A DNA stretch of 63,864 nt, filler included. It is 8 parts of 8 records of this genome, joined end to end, with 100 filler letters (N's around TTAATTAATTAA, not from the genome) between each part and the next. Parts side by side here need not be neighbours in the genome. Positions count along the whole stretch, not along the records: positions 5,801 to 12,384 come from SRR31156797_42555; positions 12,485 to 20,601 come from SRR31156797_42593; 6 more parts are not named here. One strand, written 5' to 3'. Position numbers and translations under genes: made by a program. Below, in pieces: positions 8,583 to 18,020 of the stretch (its first letter is position 1; each line of letters begins with the position of its first letter). Under the pieces are notes generated by a model that saw only the letters and a list, made by a program, of their open reading frames with translations, was not told where the DNA came from and did not search any database.

Positions 8583-11222
8583 TTGTATTCGATTTCAAGC
8601 TTATTTGAAAAATTCCCAGTTGTCAGCCATTCACGCATGGTAAATCGTGGATTCGGTGTCTGGATGGTCTGGGGCGAGACTCTCGAAGACTCCATTGTTC
8701 GCAGTATGCGTGATTTCGGCGGTATGCTCATGAGCGAGGAGCATAATCAGGCCTATTGGTTTTTTTTCAGTGATGATGTTTTCCGGGTTGTAGCCCGTCT
8801 TGAAATCTGGGCCAGACTCAATCCTATGCCTGTATACATTCAGGTTATGCCGGCAACACTTCTTGTGGATTATAATCTCGATCTGTCACTAAAAGTTGAT
8901 GGTGAATTTACTAATCAGGAAACAGCTCTGCCTACAGAGTTTGAGATTATTATTCATCCTAAACTTTCCGATTCGGTAAAGGCTATTGCCGGATTGAATC
9001 TGGAAGACACCAGAACCCCTACCGGAATATCCAAATCCGGCTGGCAGGCTTTGGTTCCGGATCAGGGGTTGGGCTACGACTCCCTGCAGAACTGGTATTT
9101 TATTCTTATTCCGGTGGGTAATCCATCGGACAAGGAATTCATTAAAGGCTGGCGTTCGTTCTTTTCAGAAGTTCAGGTGATGCTCCAGAGACTGGGGATT
9201 CAGTATATCACTTCCGATGTTAAGGTTATCCTGCCCATTGCTTCTTTTTCTTTGCTCAGGACTTTTCTGCGAGAATTGCTCATGCTCATCAACCGGGTCA
9301 GGAGTAACGAGCAGACCGAGGAAGTCTCTTATTGGCCCTCTGTTATGGCTTTGGTTCCACAGATGAATATGAGCTTCAACGATGAGGTTATCCGCAAAGT
9401 CAGCCTTGACTGGGATAAGCTCACTCCAGATTGTCCGCACTTGCGTTATCGGGATGCATTTCTGCTCGGTAGTGATTTTGCGGTAAATGAAGTCCGTTTC
9501 GGCAGCGAACAGGAAAATGTGGACGGATGGTGTCATGTCAGTCTTAAGCAAGGCATTAATGATACCAGTTCGGCAGCTATTTCTGTAACCATTTCCCGTC
9601 GGGTTTCTGTCGGGGAAATGGATGATTGTTTTTACTGCGGTATGAAAAATCACCATCCTTCGGAGTGTCCCAGCCGGAACCTGCAAGGGCTTGATCCGGT
9701 GGTCTGGAAACAGCTGGCGGCTATTGATAATGATAAGTTCAATGAGGGGTTTCAGAACATTGATTTGCAGATGCAGGGTAAGGATAATGTAGTCGAAGAA
9801 TTTTCTAGAATCCTGCACAAGGGTAAGGGATATGAGGGGATTGTCACCCGGGCTCTGTTTGCAATTAACGCCATATCACAGCTGCGCACTTTGTATATGG
9901 TCTGGCGTTGCCGGGGCAAGGATTGGCCCCTTGGAATCAAAGACCAAGGTCCTGAAGAGGGCGAACTTATCTGGTCCGCTTTTGAGGCCATGCAAAACGG
10001 TGCCAGAAGCGAAGCTGAGACCTTGATTAAAAATGCTATGATCCGGTTCAGCCGTAGTTTTCAGCCGCGCTCGCTGATGGCTTTTTATGAACTTGAGGGT
10101 GGCGATCTTGAACAGGCATATTTCTATTGGCAGGAAGCTGAAAGGCTCTGCTACTCACCATTACAACAGGGATATTTCGTCTACCTGCAGGGCAGAATGC
10201 AGGAAGTTCTGGGCGAGTTCGGTGAGGCTAATGATATCTATAAAAGAGCACAGAACATGTGTCCGGAATGGCTCGAACCGCAGTATCGGCGGGCAGTGTG
10301 TATGGTTAAGATGGGGTTTGCGGAGCAGGCCATTTCCACCTTTCAGCATATTATTGAAAGGGACCCGCACTATTTTAACAGGGTGGCAATCGATCCTGAA
10401 CTTGACCGAGGCAGACTGACTGTTTTGCAAGAAATGGGAGAACTCTGGGAAATTGCCGAAGCTGAGGCCAAGGAAGTAGCTTCGGGTATGGATACTCTTT
10501 CTTCGGATATTGCACAGTGGTTTGAGGAAGGGCATGAGTTTGCTGATGAGGCCGCCCGGTTCATGGACCGTATGAACAAGCTGGCCAAAATCAAAAACTA
10601 TGTCGCCTTCAGGCAACTGACCAGCGGTATTGCCCGTCTAACTGAGGAAATTGAGAAGCGTGTTGAATATGAAATTAAGGTTATCAACAAGAAGCTTGAA
10701 ATCTACCGTGAGGAATTGTTGGATGTTCAGCGTGAGGCTTCATGGTTTCCATTCCCGAAACTGCTGACTGAATTCAACAGTGACTTTAACTATTGTGCGG
10801 ACAAAATTTATTGGATCAAGACCCAGCAGCTTAATATTGCTGAAACATTTCGTAAGACCCAGCGTTATCTGGACCGCATTGATGATCGTTTAAGAAAACT
10901 CAGGAAAAGGTTGGTAACACTTCGAGTCATCCGCGATTCAACGTTGTTTATCATGCTTTTAGGAAGAAGTTTCATTTGGTTGGAAGTTGTTTTTCTCGGG
11001 TTGGCTTTGTTGTGCATCCCTATGTTGATCTACTACTCAAATAATTTTCAATCGAATTTTATTGTTGATATGATTATTCGCCAGAAATGGGAGTTTCAGA
11101 AGGGATTGATCCTGATCCTGAGTATTCTGGCGTTAGCCATCGCGGCTTTCCGAGCTGCTGTAGTTTTTGAAAAGAAAAAGAGAGAACTCTTTCTCATTGA
11201 TGATGGTAAGGATGATGATTAG
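8583..11222 (+). CDS. Large TPR-containing protein with CCHC motif and two C-terminal TM helices
   Basis: 879-aa ORF, TTG start with AAGGAG RBS, TPR-like helices in the middle, coiled coil and C-terminal hydrophobic segments. Confidence 0.8.
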   Translation: MYSISSLFEKFPVVSHSRMVNRGFGVWMVWGETLEDSIVRSMRDFGGMLMSEEHNQAYWFFFSDDVFRVVARLEIWARLNPMPVYIQVMPATLLVDYNLDLSLKVDGEFTNQETALPTEFEIIIHPKLSDSVKAIAGLNLEDTRTPTGISKSGWQALVPDQGLGYDSLQNWYFILIPVGNPSDKEFIKGWRSFFSEVQVMLQRLGIQYITSDVKVILPIASFSLLRTFLRELLMLINRVRSNEQTEEVSYWPSVMALVPQMNMSFNDEVIRKVSLDWDKLTPDCPHLRYRDAFLLGSDFAVNEVRFGSEQENVDGWCHVSLKQGINDTSSAAISVTISRRVSVGEMDDCFYCGMKNHHPSECPSRNLQGLDPVVWKQLAAIDNDKFNEGFQNIDLQMQGKDNVVEEFSRILHKGKGYEGIVTRALFAINAISQLRTLYMVWRCRGKDWPLGIKDQGPEEGELIWSAFEAMQNGARSEAETLIKNAMIRFSRSFQPRSLMAFYELEGGDLEQAYFYWQEAERLCYSPLQQGYFVYLQGRMQEVLGEFGEANDIYKRAQNMCPEWLEPQYRRAVCMVKMGFAEQAISTFQHIIERDPHYFNRVAIDPELDRGRLTVLQEMGELWEIAEAEAKEVASGMDTLSSDIAQWFEEGHEFADEAARFMDRMNKLAKIKNYVAFRQLTSGIARLTEEIEKRVEYEIKVINKKLEIYREELLDVQREASWFPFPKLLTEFNSDFNYCADKIYWIKTQQLNIAETFRKTQRYLDRIDDRLRKLRKRLVTLRVIRDSTLFIMLLGRSFIWLEVVFLGLALLCIPMLIYYSNNFQSNFIVDMIIRQKWEFQKGLILILSILALAIAAFRAAVVFEKKKRELFLIDDGKDDD

Positions 11223-11246
11223 TCTGAGTGTTTTATTTAAATTTAA

Positions 11247-11282
11247 GGCCTTTCCGGTAAGTTTCCGGGAAGGCTTTTTTTT
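11247..11282 (+). terminator. Rho-independent terminator
   Basis: GCCTTTCCGG...CCGGGAAGGC stem followed by T8. Confidence 0.8.
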
Positions 11283-11305
11283 GTGGAGAATTGAAAAATA
11301 ATCTT

Positions 11306-11321
11306 TGGTACGCTTGGTGCA
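11306..11321 (+). promoter_or_regulatory. Putative sigma54 (-24/-12) promoter
   Basis: TGGTACGCTTGGTGCA with exact GG-N10-GC spacing, about 40 nt upstream of the ATG at 11363. Confidence 0.6.
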
Positions 11322-11362
11322 AAACCTATGTTTAGAAAATATTTTTTTGACAGAGGTAAGAC

Positions 11363-12352
11363 ATGACCAATGTGACCAATGATATTGCCGCGATGATGAA
11401 GATGCTGGGGAATGTTTCCGGAACAGGTGGAGACAGTGCCCCCAATCTTGCCGCCATGAAAGGGAAGGCCGGAGCTTTTGATATGGAGCTCATGATGGCA
11501 AATAAAATGTTTTCAGGTGGTTCCGATGATGGCTTTTCTGCCAACAGCATGGATATGGGCGTCATGAATGATGTTCTTATGCTGGAAGCCCTTACCGCGC
11601 TCAATTCTATTAAGGGATTACAGGGTGGATCTGGCATGCAGAATGCTCAGGCCATGAATTCTTATCGCGCTAATCCCGTTGCAGCGGACAGTCTGTCTGT
11701 CAAAAAAATGGATTCTCCGGTTGTGTCCGGCAATCTTTCCGCAAAATTCGAATCCGGCTCCAAGGGAGTTTCCGCCATCGGTTATGACCGGGTGGGCGGC
11801 ACTTCTTACGGTAAGTATCAGATAGCCTCCAAGACCGGAACCATGGATAAATTTATCCAGTTCCTTAAAGATAAAGCTCCTGAAATAGCCAATAAGTTGC
11901 TTGGTGCCGGACCTCCCGATACAGGGTCCAAAAAAGGTGAAATGCCTGATCTCTGGAAACAACTCGCTGATGCCGATCCTACTGGGTTTGAAAAATTGCA
12001 GCATGACTTTATTCAGGGCAGTCATTACGATCCAGCAGCCAAGATGATTCTTGAAAAGACCGGGATAAATATGAATTCCCTGCCTGCGCCGGTTCGTGAA
12101 GTGCTTTGGTCTACCTCAGTACAGCACGGTCCCACTGGAGCTTCTCGCTTGATTGCCAAGGCTATCGACAAGCTGGCTGCCAATGCTGAAAGCAAAGGCT
12201 TCCCCGCCGATCTGGTCAAGGAAATATACGGCGAACGCAAAGGGCAGTTTTCCTCATCCACTGAGCGGGTCCAGAAAAGTGTAGCCAACCGCTTCAATCA
12301 GGAACAAAATATGGTCCTGTCCATGCTTAACGGAATTTCTAAGACGGCTTAA
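11363..12352 (+). CDS. Protein with C-terminal lysozyme-like (putative muramidase) domain
   Basis: LSAKFESG...GGTSYGKYQI (catalytic Glu plus GxYQ) and WSTSVQHG motifs; low-complexity Met/Gly-rich N-terminus. Confidence 0.65.
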   Translation: MTNVTNDIAAMMKMLGNVSGTGGDSAPNLAAMKGKAGAFDMELMMANKMFSGGSDDGFSANSMDMGVMNDVLMLEALTALNSIKGLQGGSGMQNAQAMNSYRANPVAADSLSVKKMDSPVVSGNLSAKFESGSKGVSAIGYDRVGGTSYGKYQIASKTGTMDKFIQFLKDKAPEIANKLLGAGPPDTGSKKGEMPDLWKQLADADPTGFEKLQHDFIQGSHYDPAAKMILEKTGINMNSLPAPVREVLWSTSVQHGPTGASRLIAKAIDKLAANAESKGFPADLVKEIYGERKGQFSSSTERVQKSVANRFNQEQNMVLSMLNGISKTA

Positions 12353-12384
12353 GAAAGCCTCCGGCGGCCCTTCGGGGACCAAAG

Positions 12385-12484
12385 NNNNNNNNNNNNNNNN
12401 NNNNNNNNNNNNNNNNNNNNNNNNNNNNTTAATTAATTAANNNNNNNNNNNNNNNNNNNNNNNNNNNNNNNNNNNNNNNNNNNN
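12385..12484. other. Artificial contig spacer
   Basis: N-run with TTAATTAATTAA. Confidence 0.99.
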
Positions 12485-12832
12485 CCCCCAAAAAAAAATA
12501 AATATCATTTTCACCTTGGCCATAGACCTTCAGGTCAAAAAAATAATATCAAAAGTTTTCTCCTGGGCGCAGCTCCGGACATATAATTAATATTATTTTT
12601 GCTTTGAGCAACCCAAACCTGACCCTAAAAAATATTCTGACCTTATCTCGGAAATCCAAAAAAATCTTAGCCCAGTTGGATATCGCAAAAAGAAGAATTG
12701 GCAAGGCTTTTCTGTCTTTTTTGCTTGATTCGTTAAATAAACTGTGATTGTATGAAATCGATTATTCAACCGACTCTTTGTTCTATTAAAGGATCGAAGA
12801 AATAATCGAAATTATTAACATAGAGATATATC

Positions 12833-13036
12833 ATGCCAAAGACTATATTGCATAAATCGATTAAAGAGCTGTTTCAAGATGTTCCATTCTTGACGCAAGC
12901 AGATGTCGCAAAGAAGACAAACAAGGATAAAGTAAGGATTGCCGGCTTTCTCGATGCAATGGTGGAATATGGTGATTTGGCGGTCAAGAAGGTGGGGAAC
13001 TCCAAGGTTTATTATTTGAAAAAGCAAAGTAATTGA
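12833..13036 (+). CDS. Small winged-helix protein, probable regulator of the R-M operon
   Basis: 67 aa: LTQADVAKK..helix..G.L...KVGNSKVYYL wing pattern; ends 6 nt before the MTase start. Confidence 0.65.
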   Translation: MPKTILHKSIKELFQDVPFLTQADVAKKTNKDKVRIAGFLDAMVEYGDLAVKKVGNSKVYYLKKQSN

Positions 13037-13042
13037 TAAGAG

Positions 13043-14785
13043 ATGGATTTGAAAGAAGTTATAAAAGGCCTTCAAACACCTGAGAAACATGATTCTATTT
13101 GTTTTGCCAGGTCATTTACTTATGCTGTTCTAAAAGAATATTGGGATAGGTATCGGGATTCCTTAGCAACTATTAGCAAAAAACAAATCCGAAAACTTTT
13201 CAAAGAGATCAAGATAAATGAACAAACTTCGTTAGATCAAGAGATTTCTGCCAAAAAAATAGGATCTCAGTTGTGCACTAATGATGTTGTTAAAGCTGCG
13301 TATTATATTGGTAGCGTGTATACTGCTTTGTTACCGCCAAAATACAGATCTCAACATGGAATCTATTTTACACCACCTGCTTTAACTAACAGATTGATTG
13401 ATACTGCTGAAAAAGCAGGCGTTAAGTGGAAGACGGCAAAGGTATTGGACCCTGCTTCAGGCGGAGGAGCTTTTATTGCTCCTGTAGCGTTGCGGAAAAT
13501 CGAAGCACTTAAGAAACTATCTCCTCAACAGACAGTTGATCATATCAGAAAAAATCTTCATGGATTTGAGATTGATCCCTTCTCGGCATGGTTATCCCAG
13601 GTGTTCCTTGATATGGTCCTCTTAGAAATCTGTTGTTCGGTCAAGCCGATGCTTACACTTCCAAAGTGTGTCAAAATAATAGATTCTCTGGATACAAAAC
13701 CTAAAAAACCAAGGTATGACTTAGTGATAGGGAATCCCCCTTATACTAAGATCAAACTTGAACCAAAGAAGCGTGAAAAATATGAACGTAGCTTGTATGG
13801 ACATGCCAACATGTACGGGCTTTTTACAGATCAGGCTCTCCATTACACAAAAAATGAAGGAGTGATAGCTTATATTACTCCAACAAGTTTTTTATCAGGG
13901 CAGTATTTCAAAAAGCTTAGGGGCCTGCTTGGTAGCCAGGCACCACCAACTAATATTGATTTTGTAAATGACCGTTCCGAGGTTTTTGCAGGTGTTTTGC
14001 AAGAGACTTTACTTGCCACTTTTGTGAAGGGTGGTAAAAAAACGGTAGGGACTTCGAATACGCTGAGAATTAATTCTCCAGAATCTTTAGAAGTGATTGA
14101 AGCTGGGAAATACCGAATTGATCTCAAAGCTACTGATATCTGGATCATTCCGAGGACAATAGAGCAGTCTGAACTCGTTTTACAGATGGCTAAAATGCAT
14201 GAGCGGTTGAGCACTTATGGGTACACTGTAAAGACAGGGCCTCTTGTTTGGAACAGACATAAAGAACAGTTACGAAAAGTGTCTAAAAATGGTTCTTTCC
14301 CAATTATTTGGGCTGAGTCTGTAACAAGAGATGGAAAATTCAAGTTTAGAGCTGAAAAAAAAAATCATGTTCCTTATTTTAAAGTTGGTGAAAAAGACCA
14401 ATGGCTGATGGCCTATGAACCTTGCATAATTTTACAAAGGACTACGGCTAAAGAGCAGCAAAGGCGGCTAATTTCTGCGTTAATTCCCCAAAATTTCATG
14501 AAGAAACACAAATCAGCTATAATTGAGAATCATTTAAACATGATCAAACCAATTAAAAAACAGCCTGAAATTTCACCAAAAACATTGCATTTTATTCTTA
14601 ACAGCGAAATAGTAGACCAGGCTTTTCGATGTATCAATGGTTCTGTGGCAGTCTCTGCGTATGAACTTGAATCACTGCCTTTCCCTTCTTTAGAGACAGC
14701 GAGGAGAATTGAAAAAATGATTGGCGATAAGGTTGATAAAAAACTAATCTCTCAAGAGATTGAAAAAGGATATATTGATGACTGA
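13043..14785 (+). CDS. Type II N6-adenine DNA methyltransferase, gamma class (M.BsuBI/M.PstI-like)
   Basis: GIYFTP, LDPASGGGAF (motif I), GNPPY (motif IV), FR..NGS..VSA.EL C-terminus; coupled to a BsuBI/PstI-like REase. Confidence 0.9.
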   Translation: MDLKEVIKGLQTPEKHDSICFARSFTYAVLKEYWDRYRDSLATISKKQIRKLFKEIKINEQTSLDQEISAKKIGSQLCTNDVVKAAYYIGSVYTALLPPKYRSQHGIYFTPPALTNRLIDTAEKAGVKWKTAKVLDPASGGGAFIAPVALRKIEALKKLSPQQTVDHIRKNLHGFEIDPFSAWLSQVFLDMVLLEICCSVKPMLTLPKCVKIIDSLDTKPKKPRYDLVIGNPPYTKIKLEPKKREKYERSLYGHANMYGLFTDQALHYTKNEGVIAYITPTSFLSGQYFKKLRGLLGSQAPPTNIDFVNDRSEVFAGVLQETLLATFVKGGKKTVGTSNTLRINSPESLEVIEAGKYRIDLKATDIWIIPRTIEQSELVLQMAKMHERLSTYGYTVKTGPLVWNRHKEQLRKVSKNGSFPIIWAESVTRDGKFKFRAEKKNHVPYFKVGEKDQWLMAYEPCIILQRTTAKEQQRRLISALIPQNFMKKHKSAIIENHLNMIKPIKKQPEISPKTLHFILNSEIVDQAFRCINGSVAVSAYELESLPFPSLETARRIEKMIGDKVDKKLISQEIEKGYIDD

Positions 14786-15857
14786 TATGCACCCGCTGCT
14801 GACCTGGGAAGAGATTCATACTCGTTTAGAAATGATTTTTCAGGAAGGTATCCCAAACAGAGGATATTCTATCCGGGAGATGGCTGCTAAGACTGTATTC
14901 ACCATGATTTATATCGGAGCAATCGAGAAAAATGATATTTGGCTCCGACCTGACCAGGTTACTAAAATGACTGATGAACAAGCGGCCTTGGATTCCAACC
15001 AAGATCGTGCAAATTGGCTGAAATCGTCTATGAAACCCTCCAAAGTGTCCATAGACGGTAGGTGGTATGCTCAAAACACCCGTGAACCAATCCGGGATGA
15101 AACAATAAGACAGGGCCTTGCCTTGCTTGGAGCGGTTGTTGAAAAAACAGATCTACCAACGACATCCCCCAAAGGTCGTTATGCTTTACAGCTTGATTTT
15201 TCACTATTATTTCAACCCGATTTGGATGAGAGTAAACTGCAAGACCGAATTAGAAACTGGCAGACAAATAATCTATCTGCTGGTGCTCTTGCCAGGGTCA
15301 CCCTTGTGAGGAAAGCTGCAGTGGCAACAACTGGCGGGATTTTAACCACTTTTCCAAATGGCGAAACTAGAAGATTAGCTGCTGGCCCAAGTTCTATCAT
15401 TTCAAAAGCTGTTATTGAAGATTTCGCTCCAAACTACTTAATAAAACCCGCTGTTTTATGGTTGAGTGAGAGCGCTACAAAAGAGGACCGCCGAGATGCG
15501 GATCTTGCTGATGCTTTGGGCCTAAAAATAGAAGTTGATAAAAATCTTCCTGATATCATTCTTGTAGATTTAGGACCAAAAGATCCTTTGATCATTTTCA
15601 TTGAGGTGGTCGCATCAGACGGGCCAGTAAATGAAGTGCGAAAGAAAATATTTCTGAGGCTGGCAACTGATGCAGGATTCAAACAAGATCAGATAGCTTT
15701 TATAACAGCATATAAGGATCGTGAAGATCCTGCATTCAAAAAGACTTTCTCAGTGCTGGCTTGGCAATCTTTTGCCTGGTGCATGTCTGAACCAGAAAAA
15801 ATAATAGGATTGCATGTAATTCAGCAAGGACAGCACCTTACAGATTTGATTACTTGA
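14778..15857 (+). CDS. BsuBI/PstI-family type II restriction endonuclease
   Basis: WYAQNTREPIRDETIR, TTSPK.RY, PDIIL...FIEVVASDGPV...R (PD-ExK-like) and LAWQSFAW motifs; overlaps the MTase stop. Confidence 0.88.
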   Translation: MTDMHPLLTWEEIHTRLEMIFQEGIPNRGYSIREMAAKTVFTMIYIGAIEKNDIWLRPDQVTKMTDEQAALDSNQDRANWLKSSMKPSKVSIDGRWYAQNTREPIRDETIRQGLALLGAVVEKTDLPTTSPKGRYALQLDFSLLFQPDLDESKLQDRIRNWQTNNLSAGALARVTLVRKAAVATTGGILTTFPNGETRRLAAGPSSIISKAVIEDFAPNYLIKPAVLWLSESATKEDRRDADLADALGLKIEVDKNLPDIILVDLGPKDPLIIFIEVVASDGPVNEVRKKIFLRLATDAGFKQDQIAFITAYKDREDPAFKKTFSVLAWQSFAWCMSEPEKIIGLHVIQQGQHLTDLIT

Positions 15858-16038
15858 GATAATTAGACAAAGAATAACAGAAAAGTAAGAATAACAAATT
15901 AATTGACTACCATTTGATTTGCGGCAATAATCCTTTTCGTAGCGGGTATGATTTCAGTCCTATTCCTATGGATTCCAATTTTTATAGGGAATTCTTTAAT
16001 TTCAATGTTCTGCAATTATTATTCAAGGAGCATCTTTC

Positions 16039-17895
16039 ATGAGGCTAAAAAGAGTTAGGCTAAAGAATTTTCGCTGTTATAGAGAAGAAGCAACCTTCAA
16101 TATTGATGACCTCACGGTTTTTGTTGGTAGAAATGATATCGGCAAATCAACTCTTCTTGATGCCCTTCAGATCTTTTTTGAAGAGGGCAAAATTGATGCT
16201 GATGATGCTACAATCAACGGCGATAAAGAGGACGTTCGAATAGTTTGTGAATTTGAAGACTTTCCAGAAGATATCGTAATTGACACGGATTATCCAACTT
16301 CATTGGAAAAAGAATTCATGCTCAACGAAAAAAAACGGTTGGAAATTCACAAAGTTTACAACGGTGCCTTGAAAACTCCGAAACTAAAGTCAACGATAGC
16401 CGTTGCAATGCATCCAACAGATCCTGATGCAAGTGATTTGCTTCTCTTAAAAAACAAAGGACTTAAAGAGCGGGCAAAAAAAATTGGTGCGAGTCTTGAT
16501 GGTATAGATCAGAAAATAAATTCTAAGCTGAGGCAAGTAATTTGGTCTTCTATTCCGGATTTAAAAATCAGTAAGTCTGAGATTCCACTTGCTAAAGAAA
16601 CCGCCAAAACAGTTTGGGATCAGCTTAAAAAATACATGCCTAGTTATGCACTTTTTAAATCAGACAGGCAGAGTACAGACCAAGACATAGAAGCTCAAGA
16701 TCCTATGAAACAAGCCATTAAAGAAGCCATTAAGACCCAACTTGAAGAGCTCTCCGATATTGAAGACAGAGTAAATCAGCAGGTAACAGAGATAGCAAAT
16801 AAAACGGTTAAAAAATTACAAGAAATGGACCCTGAGCTTGCAGAGCAATTAACGCCCAGGTTTTCAACACCTGCATGGGCAAACGTTTTCAAAGTAAGTT
16901 TAACAGGCGATGACCAGGTCCCCATAAACAAACGGGGAAGTGGTATACGTCGATTAATCCTTTTAAATTTTTTCAGAGCGAAAGCAGAAAAGGCCGCACA
17001 TGAGAAGGGTGCGCCTAAAGTTATTTATGCGATAGAAGAACCGGAGACAAGTCAGCACCCAAACAATCAAAAAATGCTTATGAAAGCATTCCATGAGCTG
17101 GCTGCTAATCCGGATTGTCAAGTGATTTTGACAACGCATAATCCTGCTCTTGTTCGGAACGTACCGAGCAATTTGATTCGTCATATCTGCCATTCTGAAG
17201 ATAAAGAATGCCGAGACATACTTTATGGTGATGAGACCATCTATGACTCATTGATAAAGGAGCTGGGGATATTACCGGATCATGATGTAAAATTATTCAT
17301 TGGTGTTGAGGGAATTAACGACATCAACTTTTTGAAAAGAATGTCAAAAGTTTTAAATGGAAACGGTCTTGAAGTCCCAGATTTAGATGATCTTGAAAAA
17401 AAGGGACAAATTATTTTTATACCATGTGGCGGTAGTAATCTGTCTCTATGGGCATCAAGATTAGCGGGCTTAAACAGACCGGAATTTCACCTCTTTGATA
17501 GAGATGTTGAACCGCCAAAAGTATCAAAATATCAATCCGTAGTAGATTCAATAAATGAAAGAGATAATTGCATAAGTAGTCTGACCGAAAAACGAGAGAT
17601 GGAAAATTATATTCATCCCGATGCGATAGCGGCAGTGAAACCAGGCCTTAATGTATCATTCGACCCCTTTGATGACGTACCTGCAGTAGTTGCGAAAGCG
17701 GTACATGAAATCTCAGATTCAACAAAGTTGTGGGACGAAGTCAAAGAAAAGAAACAAAAGGAAAAAGCTCGTAAGGCTAAGGTGTGGTTAAATCAAGAAG
17801 CTGTGGCGAATATGACACCCGAACTGTTGCAAGCAATTGATGAAAATGGTGAAGTGATTGGATGGTTTCAAACCATTTCCAAATTCACTGAATAA
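16039..17895 (+). CDS. OLD-like ATP-dependent nuclease (ABC/AAA_15 ATPase fused to a TOPRIM domain)
   Basis: Walker A GRNDIGKS, RGSG signature, Walker B IEEPE..QHP, TTH, then VEGIND, FDRD and REMENY TOPRIM motifs. Confidence 0.85.
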   Translation: MRLKRVRLKNFRCYREEATFNIDDLTVFVGRNDIGKSTLLDALQIFFEEGKIDADDATINGDKEDVRIVCEFEDFPEDIVIDTDYPTSLEKEFMLNEKKRLEIHKVYNGALKTPKLKSTIAVAMHPTDPDASDLLLLKNKGLKERAKKIGASLDGIDQKINSKLRQVIWSSIPDLKISKSEIPLAKETAKTVWDQLKKYMPSYALFKSDRQSTDQDIEAQDPMKQAIKEAIKTQLEELSDIEDRVNQQVTEIANKTVKKLQEMDPELAEQLTPRFSTPAWANVFKVSLTGDDQVPINKRGSGIRRLILLNFFRAKAEKAAHEKGAPKVIYAIEEPETSQHPNNQKMLMKAFHELAANPDCQVILTTHNPALVRNVPSNLIRHICHSEDKECRDILYGDETIYDSLIKELGILPDHDVKLFIGVEGINDINFLKRMSKVLNGNGLEVPDLDDLEKKGQIIFIPCGGSNLSLWASRLAGLNRPEFHLFDRDVEPPKVSKYQSVVDSINERDNCISSLTEKREMENYIHPDAIAAVKPGLNVSFDPFDDVPAVVAKAVHEISDSTKLWDEVKEKKQKEKARKAKVWLNQEAVANMTPELLQAIDENGEVIGWFQTISKFTE

Positions 17896-17992
17896 AGTTA
17901 ACGATTTTCGATTTCCATGAAAATAGGCACAGACTCGTGGGGAATTCACCCTAAATGTTTAATGGAACCCAAAGTCCGGAAAACATGGCCGT

Positions 17993-18012
17993 CACCACCA
18001 TTTTTGGTGGTG
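17993..18012. repeat. Perfect inverted repeat CACCACCA-TTTT-TGGTGGTG (copy of the type-B repeat)
   Basis: Seen directly, just past the stop of the C5 MTase. The same motif recurs at 19021, 19051 and 19115. Confidence 0.85.
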
Positions 18013-18020
18013 GCACCTGG

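Noticed and set aside
16039-17895. Gabija system
   Set aside because: No GajB/UvrD helicase gene is adjacent.
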